Source of the DNA: Dehalococcoidia bacterium
GTDB lineage: Bacteria > Chloroflexota > Dehalococcoidia > UBA2979
Assembly (NCBI GenBank): GCA_965262725.1
Contig: OZ253555.1
Coordinates: forward strand, 2,080,001 to 2,144,000
Direction of reading: 5' to 3'
DNA length: 64,000 nt
The notes beneath the pieces were generated by a model that worked only from the letters and a program-made list of their open reading frames with translations, ran no database searches and had not been told where the DNA came from. The translations under genes were made by a program, and so were the position numbers. Of this stretch, positions 26,647 to 36,108 are shown piece after piece (position 1 is the stretch's first letter; every line of letters starts with the position of its first letter).

Positions 26647-28466
26647 TCGCGGCGGGCGCGCACCTCGCCCGCGCGCTGGAGTGGGTGGCGCGCCTGCCGC
26701 TCCTCGGCGAGCCGGAGCTCGCGCGGCTGCTCGGCGTCGACGAGCCGGACGCGCGCGCGCTGCGCCTCGCGCTCGAGCGGCTCGGGTGGGTCGAGTGGGT
26801 CGTGGCCCGGGACGGTGGGCTCGCGCCCGATCGACTCAGCTTCGTGCGGGAGGCGGCGCTCCCGGCGCTCGCGCGGCTGCTCCCCGTGGAAGAGGACGCG
26901 CTCGCCGCCCGCGTCCCGGCGCGCCGCGGCGACATCCTGGCGCGGATCGTGCGTGCGGGGACGACGGCCCGGGTCAACCGCTTCCTCGCGGAGCTCGCGG
27001 CCAACCCGGGCATTCCGCATGTGGAGCTGGAGGATGCACGCTCGCTCCCGCTCGCGATGCTGCGGAGCGAGCGCTGGTGGCCGCGCGGCGTCGAGGGCTA
27101 CGGCTGCCTCCGGGCGGGCTCGCTGCGGGCGCCGTTCTTCGTGGCCTGGGACCGGGAAGGGGCGCCCGACGCGTACCGCCGCCAGCGGGCGCTCGGCTGG
27201 GCGGCGCCCACACTGGGTGCGGAGGCGCGCTGGGGTGCGGAGGGGCTGCCTCCGGTCCTCCTCGTCCGCCGCGGCCGCCGCGGCCGGGCGGTCTGGGAGC
27301 GCGCGCTCGGGCGCGCGGCGGAGCGCGCGGCAAGGCGGCCGCCCGGCGTCCTGGTCGCGGATGCGGACGAGATCGCAGCGGCCGGGCCGGCCGGGTCGAT
27401 CTGGTCGGACCCGGTCGCCGCACGCGCAGGAAGCCTGCTGGAGCAGCTCGGGTGGGGCGCGCCGCCGCCGCTCGGACGCGTCTGTGTGACGGGGGATCTG
27501 GGTGGCGTGGGCCGCCCGCCGCCGGGCGAATCGCTCAGGCGGTGGGCGCCGCGCGCGGCGGCGGGCTCCGCCGCCGGCATCGGCGAGCGCGTTGCCGCGA
27601 TCGCGATGACGACCGACCCGGACGAGAAGCGCCTGCTCGAGTGGATCGGGCGCTGGCCGCTGCTCAGCATCCCGCAACTGGCGAGCCTCGCCTCCCTCGA
27701 CGCGGCGGCCGTCGAGCGGCGGGTGGAGCGAATCCTCCGCCTGGGCATCGCGCGCTTCGATACGGACGGACAGCCGGACGAGTCCCCGGCGAAGCAGCTT
27801 CTGCTCACGCCGCTCGGCCTGCTGCTGCTCGCCCGCCGGGACGGGGTGCCGGAGGGTCACTACGCGCTCTTCGCGGGCGTGAGCGCCCCCGACCCGGCGG
27901 GAGATGCCCCCTCGGTCCGCCACCGGGCCCACCAACTCGGCCTCAACGGCGTCGTTGCACGGCTCGCGGCGGACGCGCGCGCCGCCGGGGGCCGGCTCGT
28001 GGTCTGCCGCAACGAAGCGCAGTCGACCAGCCGCTTCCGGCACGAAGGGCGGGCTGCGTGGATCCGGCCCGACGGTTCGGGCGTGGTCGCCCTCGGTGGA
28101 GGCCGCGTGCCGTTCCTGCTCGAGTACGACCGCGGGACGCTCGACTCCGGTGACTTCGCGGCGAAGTTCGGCGGCTATGCGCGCTACTACGCGGCCCGCG
28201 CCTGGCGCCGTGACTTCGATGCCGAGCCCCTGTTGCTCTTCGTCTGCATCGATGACCGGGCGGAGGAGCACGTGGTGCGCGCCGCCCGGCGTGCCGCACG
28301 CGAGTCCGCCCTCCGCCTACCCCTCCTGGCCACGACCGGGTGGCGGTCGGGTCGGGGCCCCCGGAATCCGAGAGGATTGCTGGGGCCCGTCTGGGGCCCT
28401 TCCGGTGCATCGGGCGAGGGGCGCCGGTCGGTGGGGCTGCGCGTCCCGCGGGCAGAGAGCCAGTGA
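26643..28466 (+). CDS. Replication-relaxation (Replic_Relax) family protein with tandem domains; candidate relaxase
   Basis: C-terminal copy HRAHQLGLN..IRPDGSG..FLLEYDRGT; N-terminal copy degenerate (RVNRF..VEGYG..FFVAWDREG). Confidence 0.8.
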   Translation: MIAAGAHLARALEWVARLPLLGEPELARLLGVDEPDARALRLALERLGWVEWVVARDGGLAPDRLSFVREAALPALARLLPVEEDALAARVPARRGDILARIVRAGTTARVNRFLAELAANPGIPHVELEDARSLPLAMLRSERWWPRGVEGYGCLRAGSLRAPFFVAWDREGAPDAYRRQRALGWAAPTLGAEARWGAEGLPPVLLVRRGRRGRAVWERALGRAAERAARRPPGVLVADADEIAAAGPAGSIWSDPVAARAGSLLEQLGWGAPPPLGRVCVTGDLGGVGRPPPGESLRRWAPRAAAGSAAGIGERVAAIAMTTDPDEKRLLEWIGRWPLLSIPQLASLASLDAAAVERRVERILRLGIARFDTDGQPDESPAKQLLLTPLGLLLLARRDGVPEGHYALFAGVSAPDPAGDAPSVRHRAHQLGLNGVVARLAADARAAGGRLVVCRNEAQSTSRFRHEGRAAWIRPDGSGVVALGGGRVPFLLEYDRGTLDSGDFAAKFGGYARYYAARAWRRDFDAEPLLLFVCIDDRAEEHVVRAARRAARESALRLPLLATTGWRSGRGPRNPRGLLGPVWGPSGASGEGRRSVGLRVPRAESQ

Positions 28467-28649
28467 GGCCCCGTCGAGAGGCCGGGGGGGCGCGCGCTCA
28501 CGAGCGGGTCCGCGGGCGGCGCAGTGGGTCACGGGGGCGACCGGCGCTGCCTCCGACCGTGGAGTACCTTTGTCGTGAGTACGCAGCGGTCGGGTGGGCG
28601 ATCTGGGAGCGTGAACGCGCGCGCCGGGAGGGCAGGGACGGGAAGCACG

Positions 28650-30266
28650 ATGGGCAGAACTGAGCGAGCGGTCGGGTACGTCCGCGTCTCCACCGAGGAA
28701 CAGGCCGACGGGCACTCGCTCGATGCCCAGCGCCGCGAGATCGCACGCCACTGCGAGCGGCACGGGTACGAACTCGTGCGGATCTACGCGGACGAGGGCG
28801 TGAGCGCGCACACGGAGAAGATCGAGAAGCGGCCGATGCTAGCCGCGCTCCTCGACGCCTCCTCCCGCCGCGAGTTCGATGTCGTGGTGGTGCACACGAT
28901 TGATCGCTGGGCGCGGAACGTTGGTGTCCAGCGGCAGGCCCTGCAGTACCTCGGTCAATTCAACGTCGGCTTCGCCAGCGTCACCGAGAACATCGACTTC
29001 ACGACGCCAGCGGGGAAGCTGATGTTGACGATGATCGGGGGCGTCTCGGAGTTCTTCTCCGATCAACTCGCCGTCCACGTGAGCAAGGCGTTCCGGGAGC
29101 GGGCCGAGAACGGACTGCCGCCGGGTCCCGTGCCCTTCGGGTACGTGGCGCCGAGTCCCGGCGCGATCCCGGGCGTGGTCCCCGGGGAAGGGGAGGCGGT
29201 CGCCGAGGTCTTCCGGCAGCGGGCGCAGGGGGAGTCGTACGGCGCCATCGCCCGGTGGCTGAACGCGGAGGGCTTCGAGACGCGCGGGCACAACCCGGTC
29301 TTCACGTCGTTCGCGGTGAAGGACATGCTCGCCAACGTCTTCTACCGCGGTGCGGTTCTGTACAAGGGGACCGAGTTCGCGGGCGCCCACGAGGCGCTGG
29401 TCGACGACGACCTCTTCCGGCAGGTGCAGGCGAAGCGGGGGGTGCGGCGACAGCGGCGCCTCGTGGTCGGTGGCCGGGGGATCCTCCAGGGGCGGGTGAG
29501 CTGCGGGCACTGCGGAAGGGCGCTCCAATCCGACCGTGATCACCGGGGACGGCCGATGTACCGGGAGCGTCACGGCGAGCGGTGCAGCACGAACAACCGA
29601 TCCCTCATGGCCGCGGGCGTCGACGAGCAACTCGGTGCGATCTGGAAGTCGGTGCAGTTCTCGACGGACTGGCGCGACCGGATGGCGGAGATCCTCTCAG
29701 CCGGTTACGACGGTCCGAGCGCCGAGGACCTGGCCGAGAATCGTCGGCGCATCGCCCGGGCCTATGCCGACGGGGGACTCAACGAAACCGAGTACGAGGT
29801 GCGCCTCGCCGCGATCGACAAGCGCGCCCGGGACGTGCTCCGCCCCTCGGGCCCCGCGTTCGACGAGGCGGCGGAGTTGTTCTCGGACATGCCTGCGCTG
29901 TGGGAGCGGGCCGCGCCGGAGGAGCGGCGGCGGCTGGTGGCTCCCCTGATCGAGCGCGTCTACCTCGACATCGACTCGAGGCGCATCGGCGCGATCACGC
30001 CGACACCGGAGTTCAAGGCGCTGATCGACCATGCGCTCGAGCCGACGGCCGATCCCGAGGTCGCGCTGATCCCGCCGGAATCGGCTGAAGACGTTAGCAG
30101 TTGGAGATCCTGGAGATGGAGGTCAGGTGACATAACTGCCGACGACGGGGTCGATTTGAATCTGGACGAAAACGCTGACCTAGTAAACAGTTGGAGATGG
30201 TGGAGACGGGGGAGAATCGAACTCCCCGTCCAGAGAGCGTCCGTCACGGATCTGCTACGGGTGTAG
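28650..30266 (+). CDS. Large serine recombinase (ssrA-targeting integrase)
   Basis: AVGYVRVSTEEQ catalytic motif, DRWAR, PFGY, CGHCG zinc ribbon; the C-terminus overlaps the tmRNA 3' end. Confidence 0.93.
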   Translation: MGRTERAVGYVRVSTEEQADGHSLDAQRREIARHCERHGYELVRIYADEGVSAHTEKIEKRPMLAALLDASSRREFDVVVVHTIDRWARNVGVQRQALQYLGQFNVGFASVTENIDFTTPAGKLMLTMIGGVSEFFSDQLAVHVSKAFRERAENGLPPGPVPFGYVAPSPGAIPGVVPGEGEAVAEVFRQRAQGESYGAIARWLNAEGFETRGHNPVFTSFAVKDMLANVFYRGAVLYKGTEFAGAHEALVDDDLFRQVQAKRGVRRQRRLVVGGRGILQGRVSCGHCGRALQSDRDHRGRPMYRERHGERCSTNNRSLMAAGVDEQLGAIWKSVQFSTDWRDRMAEILSAGYDGPSAEDLAENRRRIARAYADGGLNETEYEVRLAAIDKRARDVLRPSGPAFDEAAELFSDMPALWERAAPEERRRLVAPLIERVYLDIDSRRIGAITPTPEFKALIDHALEPTADPEVALIPPESAEDVSSWRSWRWRSGDITADDGVDLNLDENADLVNSWRWWRRGRIELPVQRASVTDLLRV

Positions 30267-30550
30267 TCAGCGGTAAATCTCGCCGCCGCGCCTCCGCTGA
30301 CCAGGGGTGCGTCGACCAGTCTCGGTTAGCTTAGCGGGCGTCGCCCGAGGCGCACGCCGTCCGCGCATCCCGGCTTATCGTCGCCTCACCGAGCCCGCCG
30401 GGAGGGGGCCCGGGTCAACGTCGCTACCTAACTAGGCAGCGAGAGCGAGTTGTCGTTCGCCAGTTACCTTTTGCCACCTGATTTACGAGGGTGGTGGCAC
30501 CTCGACCCGCAAACCGCGTCCGTTGGCTCCTGTCGATTCCTGTCGTCCCC
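30198..30550 (-). ncRNA. ssrA: tmRNA
   Basis: 5' GGGGACGACAGGAATCGAC; 3' GGGGAGTTCGATTCTCCCCGTCTCCACCA; tag ORF (A)GERQLALAA* at 30461-30432; next to smpB. Confidence 0.96.
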
Positions 30551-30634
30551 ATGTTCACCCACCGGAGCGGCTCTTCGCTCCGGTGGTTCAATACTATCGC
30601 AATGACTCCGGGGAGTCATCGCCGAGCGCCACCA

Positions 30635-31141
30635 TCAGCGGGGTGACTCTCGAACGGAGTGGCGGAGCGCCCGCTGAATCGAACGGGCGGCGTCTCGCCG
30701 TGCGATCGCCTGCCTCTTGTCGTAGGCGCGCCGGCCGCGTCCGACGGCGAGCTCCACCTTGGCGCGTCCCGCCTTCAGATAGAGCCTGACCGGTACCAGC
30801 GTCGTACGCGGGTTCTCGCCGAGCGAGCGCTCGAGGCGCCTGATCTCCTCCTTGTGCAACAGCAGCTTCCGCGGTCGGGTCGGCTCGTGATTCTCACGGG
30901 CGGGCGGGTAGGGGGCGATGTGGACGTTCTCCAGCCACAGCTCGCCGTGGCGGAGGCGCGCGTAGCCCTCGGAGATATTCGCGTTCCCGGAGCGGATCGA
31001 TTTGATCTCGGAGCCGAGCAGCACGAGCCCTGCCTCGGTGTAAGAGAGGATCTCGTAGTCGTAGCGGGCGCGCCGGTTCTGGGCGACCGTGTGGTCGGCG
31101 CCCTGAACGGTGCGGGGGACCTGGCGCTTTCGTTTTGCCAC
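30635..31141 (-). CDS. smpB: SsrA-binding protein SmpB
   Basis: VAQNRRARYDY..EAGLVLLGSEIKSIR..RKLLLHK..YDKRQ. Confidence 0.97.
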   Translation of the reverse strand: MAKRKRQVPRTVQGADHTVAQNRRARYDYEILSYTEAGLVLLGSEIKSIRSGNANISEGYARLRHGELWLENVHIAPYPPARENHEPTRPRKLLLHKEEIRRLERSLGENPRTTLVPVRLYLKAGRAKVELAVGRGRRAYDKRQAIARRDAARSIQRALRHSVRESPR

Positions 31142-31282
31142 CTACGGACTCCGGAGTGGCCGGCGGAAAGCCGGTGCGAGTTTAGACGACATAAGTGTAA
31201 GCCTCGCGCCTCGGATCGGGAGGTGAGGGCTGCGACAGGGTAGCGCAGCCCCGGTGGGGTAGGGCCTGTGCGCGGGGATCCG

Positions 31283-32554
31283 TCAGTTCGCCGACTGAGA
31301 CTCGATCTGCGCCCGCAGGACATCGATGGCGCGGTGGATGAACACATCTCGCTGGGCGTCGATGTCCTCGGGCGTCAGCTCCACTGGAACGTCGGGGATG
31401 ACGCCGAGGCCCTCGATCAGGTTGCGGTTCGGCGAGAGGTACCGCGCGATCGAGATGTAGATGGCCCCACCGTCGGAGAGTTCGCGCACCGAGTTCACCG
31501 TCCCCTTGCCGAAGGATCGCGCGCCGACGATCGTCGCGCGGCCGTGCTCCTGCAGCGCCACGGCGAGGAGCTCCGAGCCCGAGGCGGACTGTTCGTCCTG
31601 GACGATGACGATCGGGAGTTGGGTGACTTGTCCCGGCCGTGCCTCGGCAATTCGTTCGTTACCGTCCCGGTCGACCTGGACGATGATTACTCCCTCATCG
31701 AGGAAGAGATCGGTGACCTCCACTGTCTCCGCGAGCAGGCCTCCGGGGTTGCCGCGGACGTCGAGGATCAGTCCCTGGACGCCATCCGCCTCGATGCTCT
31801 CGATCATGTCCTGCAACTCGTCCGGCGTGCGCTCCGTGAACTGGGCGATGCGGATGTAGCCGAGATCCGTGACGTCATTGCCATCGGCGTCGCGGAGGAC
31901 GCCGCCCGGCGGTATCCGATTGATCGAGTCGACCTCGATCCGGTCGCGGACGATGTCGACGACCTCCTCCGTGCCGTCACTGTGCCGGACCTTGAGCGTC
32001 ACGGTGGTGCCCCGCGGACCACGGATGGTCAGGACTGCCCGGTCGACCGACCAGCCGATCGCCGATTCGCCGTTGACCTCGAGAATGACGTCGCCCGCCC
32101 GCACGCCGGCCAGCTCGGCCGGGCTCCCGTCGAAGGGACGGACGATCACGATCTCGTCCTCCTGGCGGGAGACCGTGGCGCCGATCCCCTGGAAGGTCCC
32201 GGAGAGATCGGTGCGCGAGATCGAGTAGGTCGTGGGGTCTATGTAGGTCGAATGGGGGTCGTTCAGCGAACTGAAGAGGCCGTCGATGGCGCCCTCGTAG
32301 AGCTGTACGTCGTTGATGCGATCGGGCTCGACGAAATCGTCCTCGAGGATGCCGTAGATCTCCGCGAGAACGCCGAAGTCGACTTCCGTCGATCGCACTC
32401 CGGGCGTGACCGGGGCCTCTGGGGTGGCCGTCGCAGCGGGAGTCGCGACGGTCTCGTCGCCGGCGGGGTCGAGCACGAGCGCCACGAGGAAGCCCGCCGC
32501 GACGAGCAGGCCCCCGATCAGGGCGACGATCGCGCCGGCGAGGATGTTGCGCAC
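31283..32554 (-). CDS. ctpA: S41 carboxyl-terminal processing protease
   Basis: DPHSTY, PDZ domain (GIGA..SPAELAG), LDVRGNPGG, SASGSE, FGKG. Confidence 0.92.
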   Translation of the reverse strand: MRNILAGAIVALIGGLLVAAGFLVALVLDPAGDETVATPAATATPEAPVTPGVRSTEVDFGVLAEIYGILEDDFVEPDRINDVQLYEGAIDGLFSSLNDPHSTYIDPTTYSISRTDLSGTFQGIGATVSRQEDEIVIVRPFDGSPAELAGVRAGDVILEVNGESAIGWSVDRAVLTIRGPRGTTVTLKVRHSDGTEEVVDIVRDRIEVDSINRIPPGGVLRDADGNDVTDLGYIRIAQFTERTPDELQDMIESIEADGVQGLILDVRGNPGGLLAETVEVTDLFLDEGVIIVQVDRDGNERIAEARPGQVTQLPIVIVQDEQSASGSELLAVALQEHGRATIVGARSFGKGTVNSVRELSDGGAIYISIARYLSPNRNLIEGLGVIPDVPVELTPEDIDAQRDVFIHRAIDVLRAQIESQSAN

Positions 32555-33427
32555 TAGGTTGGAAGAGCCGCTCGTGGCGGCTGGAGGACCATCCGGGAGG
32601 GACGCGATGACTTGCCTCCCTCCGCGGCCGGGATGAGCCTCGCATACCAGTCTTCTGACCGGCCAAGGAGTGGCGTGCGCCCAGTTTATCACCCGCTATG
32701 TGTTGCGCGGGTCGCCAGAACCGTCCGAGAGGACATAACCCGAGGCCGTTGGTGATGCGGAGCGGCCGGGCCGTCTCGGCTCCCTGGGCAAAGCGGGGTC
32801 CCGGCGCCGACTCGGACCGCGACAGGTGCCGCCTCGGCCCCGCTGGCACGCGTCCTGGCGGCTGGGGCCGATGTCGTGGCCGGTCGTCGGCTGCCTCGCC
32901 CGGTGCCGTGATCATCGGTGGCCCGAGGTCGAGGCTCAGTGATACGGCATCGCTGCTATCGTGCCCCGGCCCTCCCCCAATTCCCGGAGAGTCAGGTTCC
33001 TCGTGCTTTCACATCACATAAGAAGAATAGTGCGACACGCCGGCGCGATGCGGCCGGGATCGCGGTATGGAGGGAAGAGCCCGCTGCCCGCCTCGCCGAA
33101 CCCGACCCACACGAGGCGAGCCGGCGGCGACGACCGAGCGCGCGGGCTTCGGGCGCGGGCGTCTCGAGAGCCCGCGTGCACACGCTGACCGGCCGGCCTC
33201 ACGGGCCGGGTCGCTAATCGGCCGTCGTCGGCGTGTCGTTGACCTGCTGGCCGGTGCGCCCGGCCGCGACCGCGAGGACCACCCTGCTCTGACTCGGGCC
33301 CGCTGGCGTGCGTGAGCCAGGCGTGGTGCTCGGCCTGCGTCGCTCGTGGAGGCAACCAACCTGGAAGTCAGCGCAGACCCTACCCCCCTGTGGTATATTG
33401 GCTGGGTAATGAGAGGAAGTATCGGAA

Positions 33428-33703
33428 ATGACGACGCTACGTGGTGAGCTCCGCTGCTTCGCCTGCTCCCGCTACCTCGGCGACTTCGAGTCGCACACCG
33501 GGAGCGGCCCCCGCGACCTCCGCCTGTGCCACTCCGACGCAGGGCCGTTGCCGCAATCCGCGGTCATGACCGAGCGCGGACTGCGCTGCTCGCACTGCGG
33601 CGGGCGTGCCGTCGCCGAGAACGTCGATCGGAGCGAGAGCAACGTCACGCAAGGCGAAGCGTATAGCTGTCCCAGCTATGTGAAGCCGGCCATAGCGGCG
33701 TAG
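33428..33703 (+). CDS. Small zinc-ribbon protein
   Basis: CFACS and CSHCGG pairs; RBS GAGGA; TGTGGTATATT extended -10-like element upstream. Confidence 0.65.
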   Translation: MTTLRGELRCFACSRYLGDFESHTGSGPRDLRLCHSDAGPLPQSAVMTERGLRCSHCGGRAVAENVDRSESNVTQGEAYSCPSYVKPAIAA

Positions 33704-33769
33704 TCGGGAGTCTGCCCCCCGCGACTCGGTGTTATGTCTTGTTGCAGCGGGCGACGGTGCCCTCTCTGA

Positions 33770-34243
33770 TCACCCGGAGGTACGTAGGGTGTTGAGCACG
33801 GCCTCACCGTGCCCCGCCGCCCGTGCGCGCTTCCACACCTTGGTGAGGCAGCCGTCCGGACCGATCACGAACGTCGAGCGCGTCATCCCCACGAAGCGGC
33901 GCCCGTAGAGCACCTTCTCGCCCCAGGCGCCGTAGCTCGTCGCCACCTTCGCCGCGTCGTCGACGAGCAGCGGAAACGGCAGTTCGTGCCGCTCCCGGAA
34001 GCTCCGGTGCGACTCGGCGTCGTCGGTGGAGACGCCGAGGACGACCGCGCCCTCGGCGGCGATCTCATCGTGCGCGTCGCGGAAAGAGCAGGCCTCGATC
34101 GTGCAGCCGGGGGTCTCGTCGCGCGGATAGAAGTAGAGGACGACCGTCTGGCCCCGGTAGTCGCCGAGCCGGTGCAGAGTCCCGTCCTGGTCGGCGAGCT
34201 CGAAGTCCGGCGCGGAGTCCCCCGCCCCGAGTGTGATCGCCAC
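33770..34243 (-). CDS. bcp: Peroxiredoxin Bcp
   Basis: YFYPRDETPGCTIEACSFRD motif. Confidence 0.95.
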   Translation of the reverse strand: MAITLGAGDSAPDFELADQDGTLHRLGDYRGQTVVLYFYPRDETPGCTIEACSFRDAHDEIAAEGAVVLGVSTDDAESHRSFRERHELPFPLLVDDAAKVATSYGAWGEKVLYGRRFVGMTRSTFVIGPDGCLTKVWKRARAAGHGEAVLNTLRTSG

Positions 34244-34483
34244 CGCGCCACCCCTCCCCTGCTGCCGCCGCCGGCGCCCAACTCGCCGAGAACGATACAA
34301 CCGGCGCGAGTGGGGGGAGGACCGTGAGGCGCGCCGCGTGAGCCGTGGGTCCCGAGGCCGCCGCCGCTTGCTGACAAGGGCCGCTCACTCGTACGGTCAG
34401 GCGCGCGCGGTGTCCCCGCTGCGGCCGCCCGGCCTTCACGATGATGTCGCGCGGAAGAAGTCGACCCGTCGAGGAGGTGCCCG

Positions 34484-35593
34484 GTGCGCTTCAGCTACTA
34501 CCTGAACCCGCAGACCCCCGGTCCCGATGACGACGAACGCGTCCTCGACGAGGTCTTCGGGCAGCTGGAGCTCGCCCAGTCGATGGGCTTCACCGACGCC
34601 TGGATCACCGAGCACCATTTCACTGGCTACAACGTCTACTCCGACCCGACCACGATGGCCGCCGCGGTCAGCCAGCGCGTCCCCGGGATGCGGATCGGCT
34701 TCGCCGTGGCGGTCGTGGCGCTCACGCACCCGATCCGCTTCGTGACCCAGTGCAACCTCCTCGACCAGCTCACGAAGGGGAAGCTGATCGTCGGGATCGG
34801 CTCCGGAAACGCTCCGGATGAGTACGACGGCTACGGGCTGGACCGTGAAGAGCGGTACGAGATCATGCGCGAGTTCCTCGAGGTGTGCGACCTCGCGTGG
34901 GAGCCGCCCAGCCCGGAGGGCTTCGAGCATCACGGCAAGTACTTCGACGTGGAGGTGCGCGGGCGGATCATCCCCGCCCCCATCCAGAGGCCGCGCCCGC
35001 ACATGGCGGTCGCGACGGGGACTCCCGAGCGGCTGGAGATGGCGGGCCGGCGGGGATGGTCTCTGCTCCTGGGGCCGCAGGACGTCGAGTTCATCGCGGC
35101 GCGCCTGCAGTACTACTTCAAGGGAATGGACGACGTCGGGCTCGATCAGGAGGCGCGGGCACGAGCCTGGCAGCACACGAGCCTCGTCCGTCAGCTTTAT
35201 GTCGCCGAGGATGGCGAGAACTGGCTGGAGGAACTGGACGACGTGCTCGACACGTACACGCGCAAGAGCCTGCGGGCGAACACGGGCATCGACGACCTCC
35301 CGAAGGCCGACATGGCGAAGCGCCGCTCGGAGTATCTGAAGCACGGGTGGCTGCACGCCGGCACCGCCGACGAGGTCTTCGAGCGGCTGCGGCCGTTCGC
35401 GGAGCTCGGCGTCAACAACCTGATGTGCTGGTTCAACTTCGGGCACATGGAGGACGAGCGCATCCGCGCCTCGATGACGCGCTTCCGCGAGCGAGTCATC
35501 CCGCGGCTCCAGGAGATCACGCCCAGGGAGGATCTGCTGCCGGCGCTGATCGAGGTGAACAGGGGGCTGGCGACCGTCGCCTCGATTCCCTGA
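34484..35593 (+). CDS. LLM-class flavin-dependent oxidoreductase
   Basis: AWITEHHF, HPIRF..LLDQLTKGKLIVGIGSG motifs. Confidence 0.92.
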   Translation: MRFSYYLNPQTPGPDDDERVLDEVFGQLELAQSMGFTDAWITEHHFTGYNVYSDPTTMAAAVSQRVPGMRIGFAVAVVALTHPIRFVTQCNLLDQLTKGKLIVGIGSGNAPDEYDGYGLDREERYEIMREFLEVCDLAWEPPSPEGFEHHGKYFDVEVRGRIIPAPIQRPRPHMAVATGTPERLEMAGRRGWSLLLGPQDVEFIAARLQYYFKGMDDVGLDQEARARAWQHTSLVRQLYVAEDGENWLEELDDVLDTYTRKSLRANTGIDDLPKADMAKRRSEYLKHGWLHAGTADEVFERLRPFAELGVNNLMCWFNFGHMEDERIRASMTRFRERVIPRLQEITPREDLLPALIEVNRGLATVASIP

Positions 35594-35660
35594 TGGGGCG
35601 GCACGTCGGTAGCGGACGGGGCTGGCATCGACGGGCGATGGATTCGCGGCAGGTGGGGGA

Positions 35661-36071
35661 ATGATGGCTGGTGACATGGGGTCGAGGCGTGTCGCGACCG
35701 CTCTGGCGGAGGGCCGGGACGTCGGCGAACTCGATTCGATGGACGCCGAGGCAATCGTCGAGCACGTCCGCCGTGAGCTCGACTCGGGTGACTCGACGCT
35801 ATCCCGGCGCGATCTCGCTGCTGCGCTCGTCGAGCTCGGCAACCAGAGAGCCGGGAGCGAGCGGCCGAACGAAGCCGCTACCGCTGCCAGGATGGCGGTC
35901 GACCTCTACCGCGCCCTCGCGGTGGAAGAGCCTGACGTCTACCGCGAGGAGTTTGCAGTCGCTCTCGATAGCCTCGCCATGCGAATGGCAGCGGTGTGGC
36001 TACATGAACCTGCTCTCCAGGCCAACCGCGAGGCGCGCCGCGTGCGTCGTGGCGCCCCGATTCAGAGCTAG
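35661..36071 (+). CDS. Helical (TPR-like) hypothetical protein
   Basis: AVDLYRALA..PDVYREEFAVALDSLA resembles TPR_10/12 repeats. Confidence 0.55.
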   Translation: MMAGDMGSRRVATALAEGRDVGELDSMDAEAIVEHVRRELDSGDSTLSRRDLAAALVELGNQRAGSERPNEAATAARMAVDLYRALAVEEPDVYREEFAVALDSLAMRMAAVWLHEPALQANREARRVRRGAPIQS

Positions 36072-36108
36072 ACGCCCTGCCCCAGGCGGCAGAGCGTCAC
36101 ATCGCCAC

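Larger units (their letters stand above)
1..30197 (+). mobile_element. Integrative (probably conjugative) element at the ssrA 3' end; left end outside the window
   Basis: Recombinase abutting tmRNA, plus co-oriented T4SS, primase, coupling protein, relaxase-like gene and tad operon; membership of the tad block is inferred. Confidence 0.75.

Noticed and set aside
1-28466. Element backbone looks more GC-rich than the host
   Set aside because: Host genes at 60.5-63.3 kb look similarly GC-rich and I could not compute a profile
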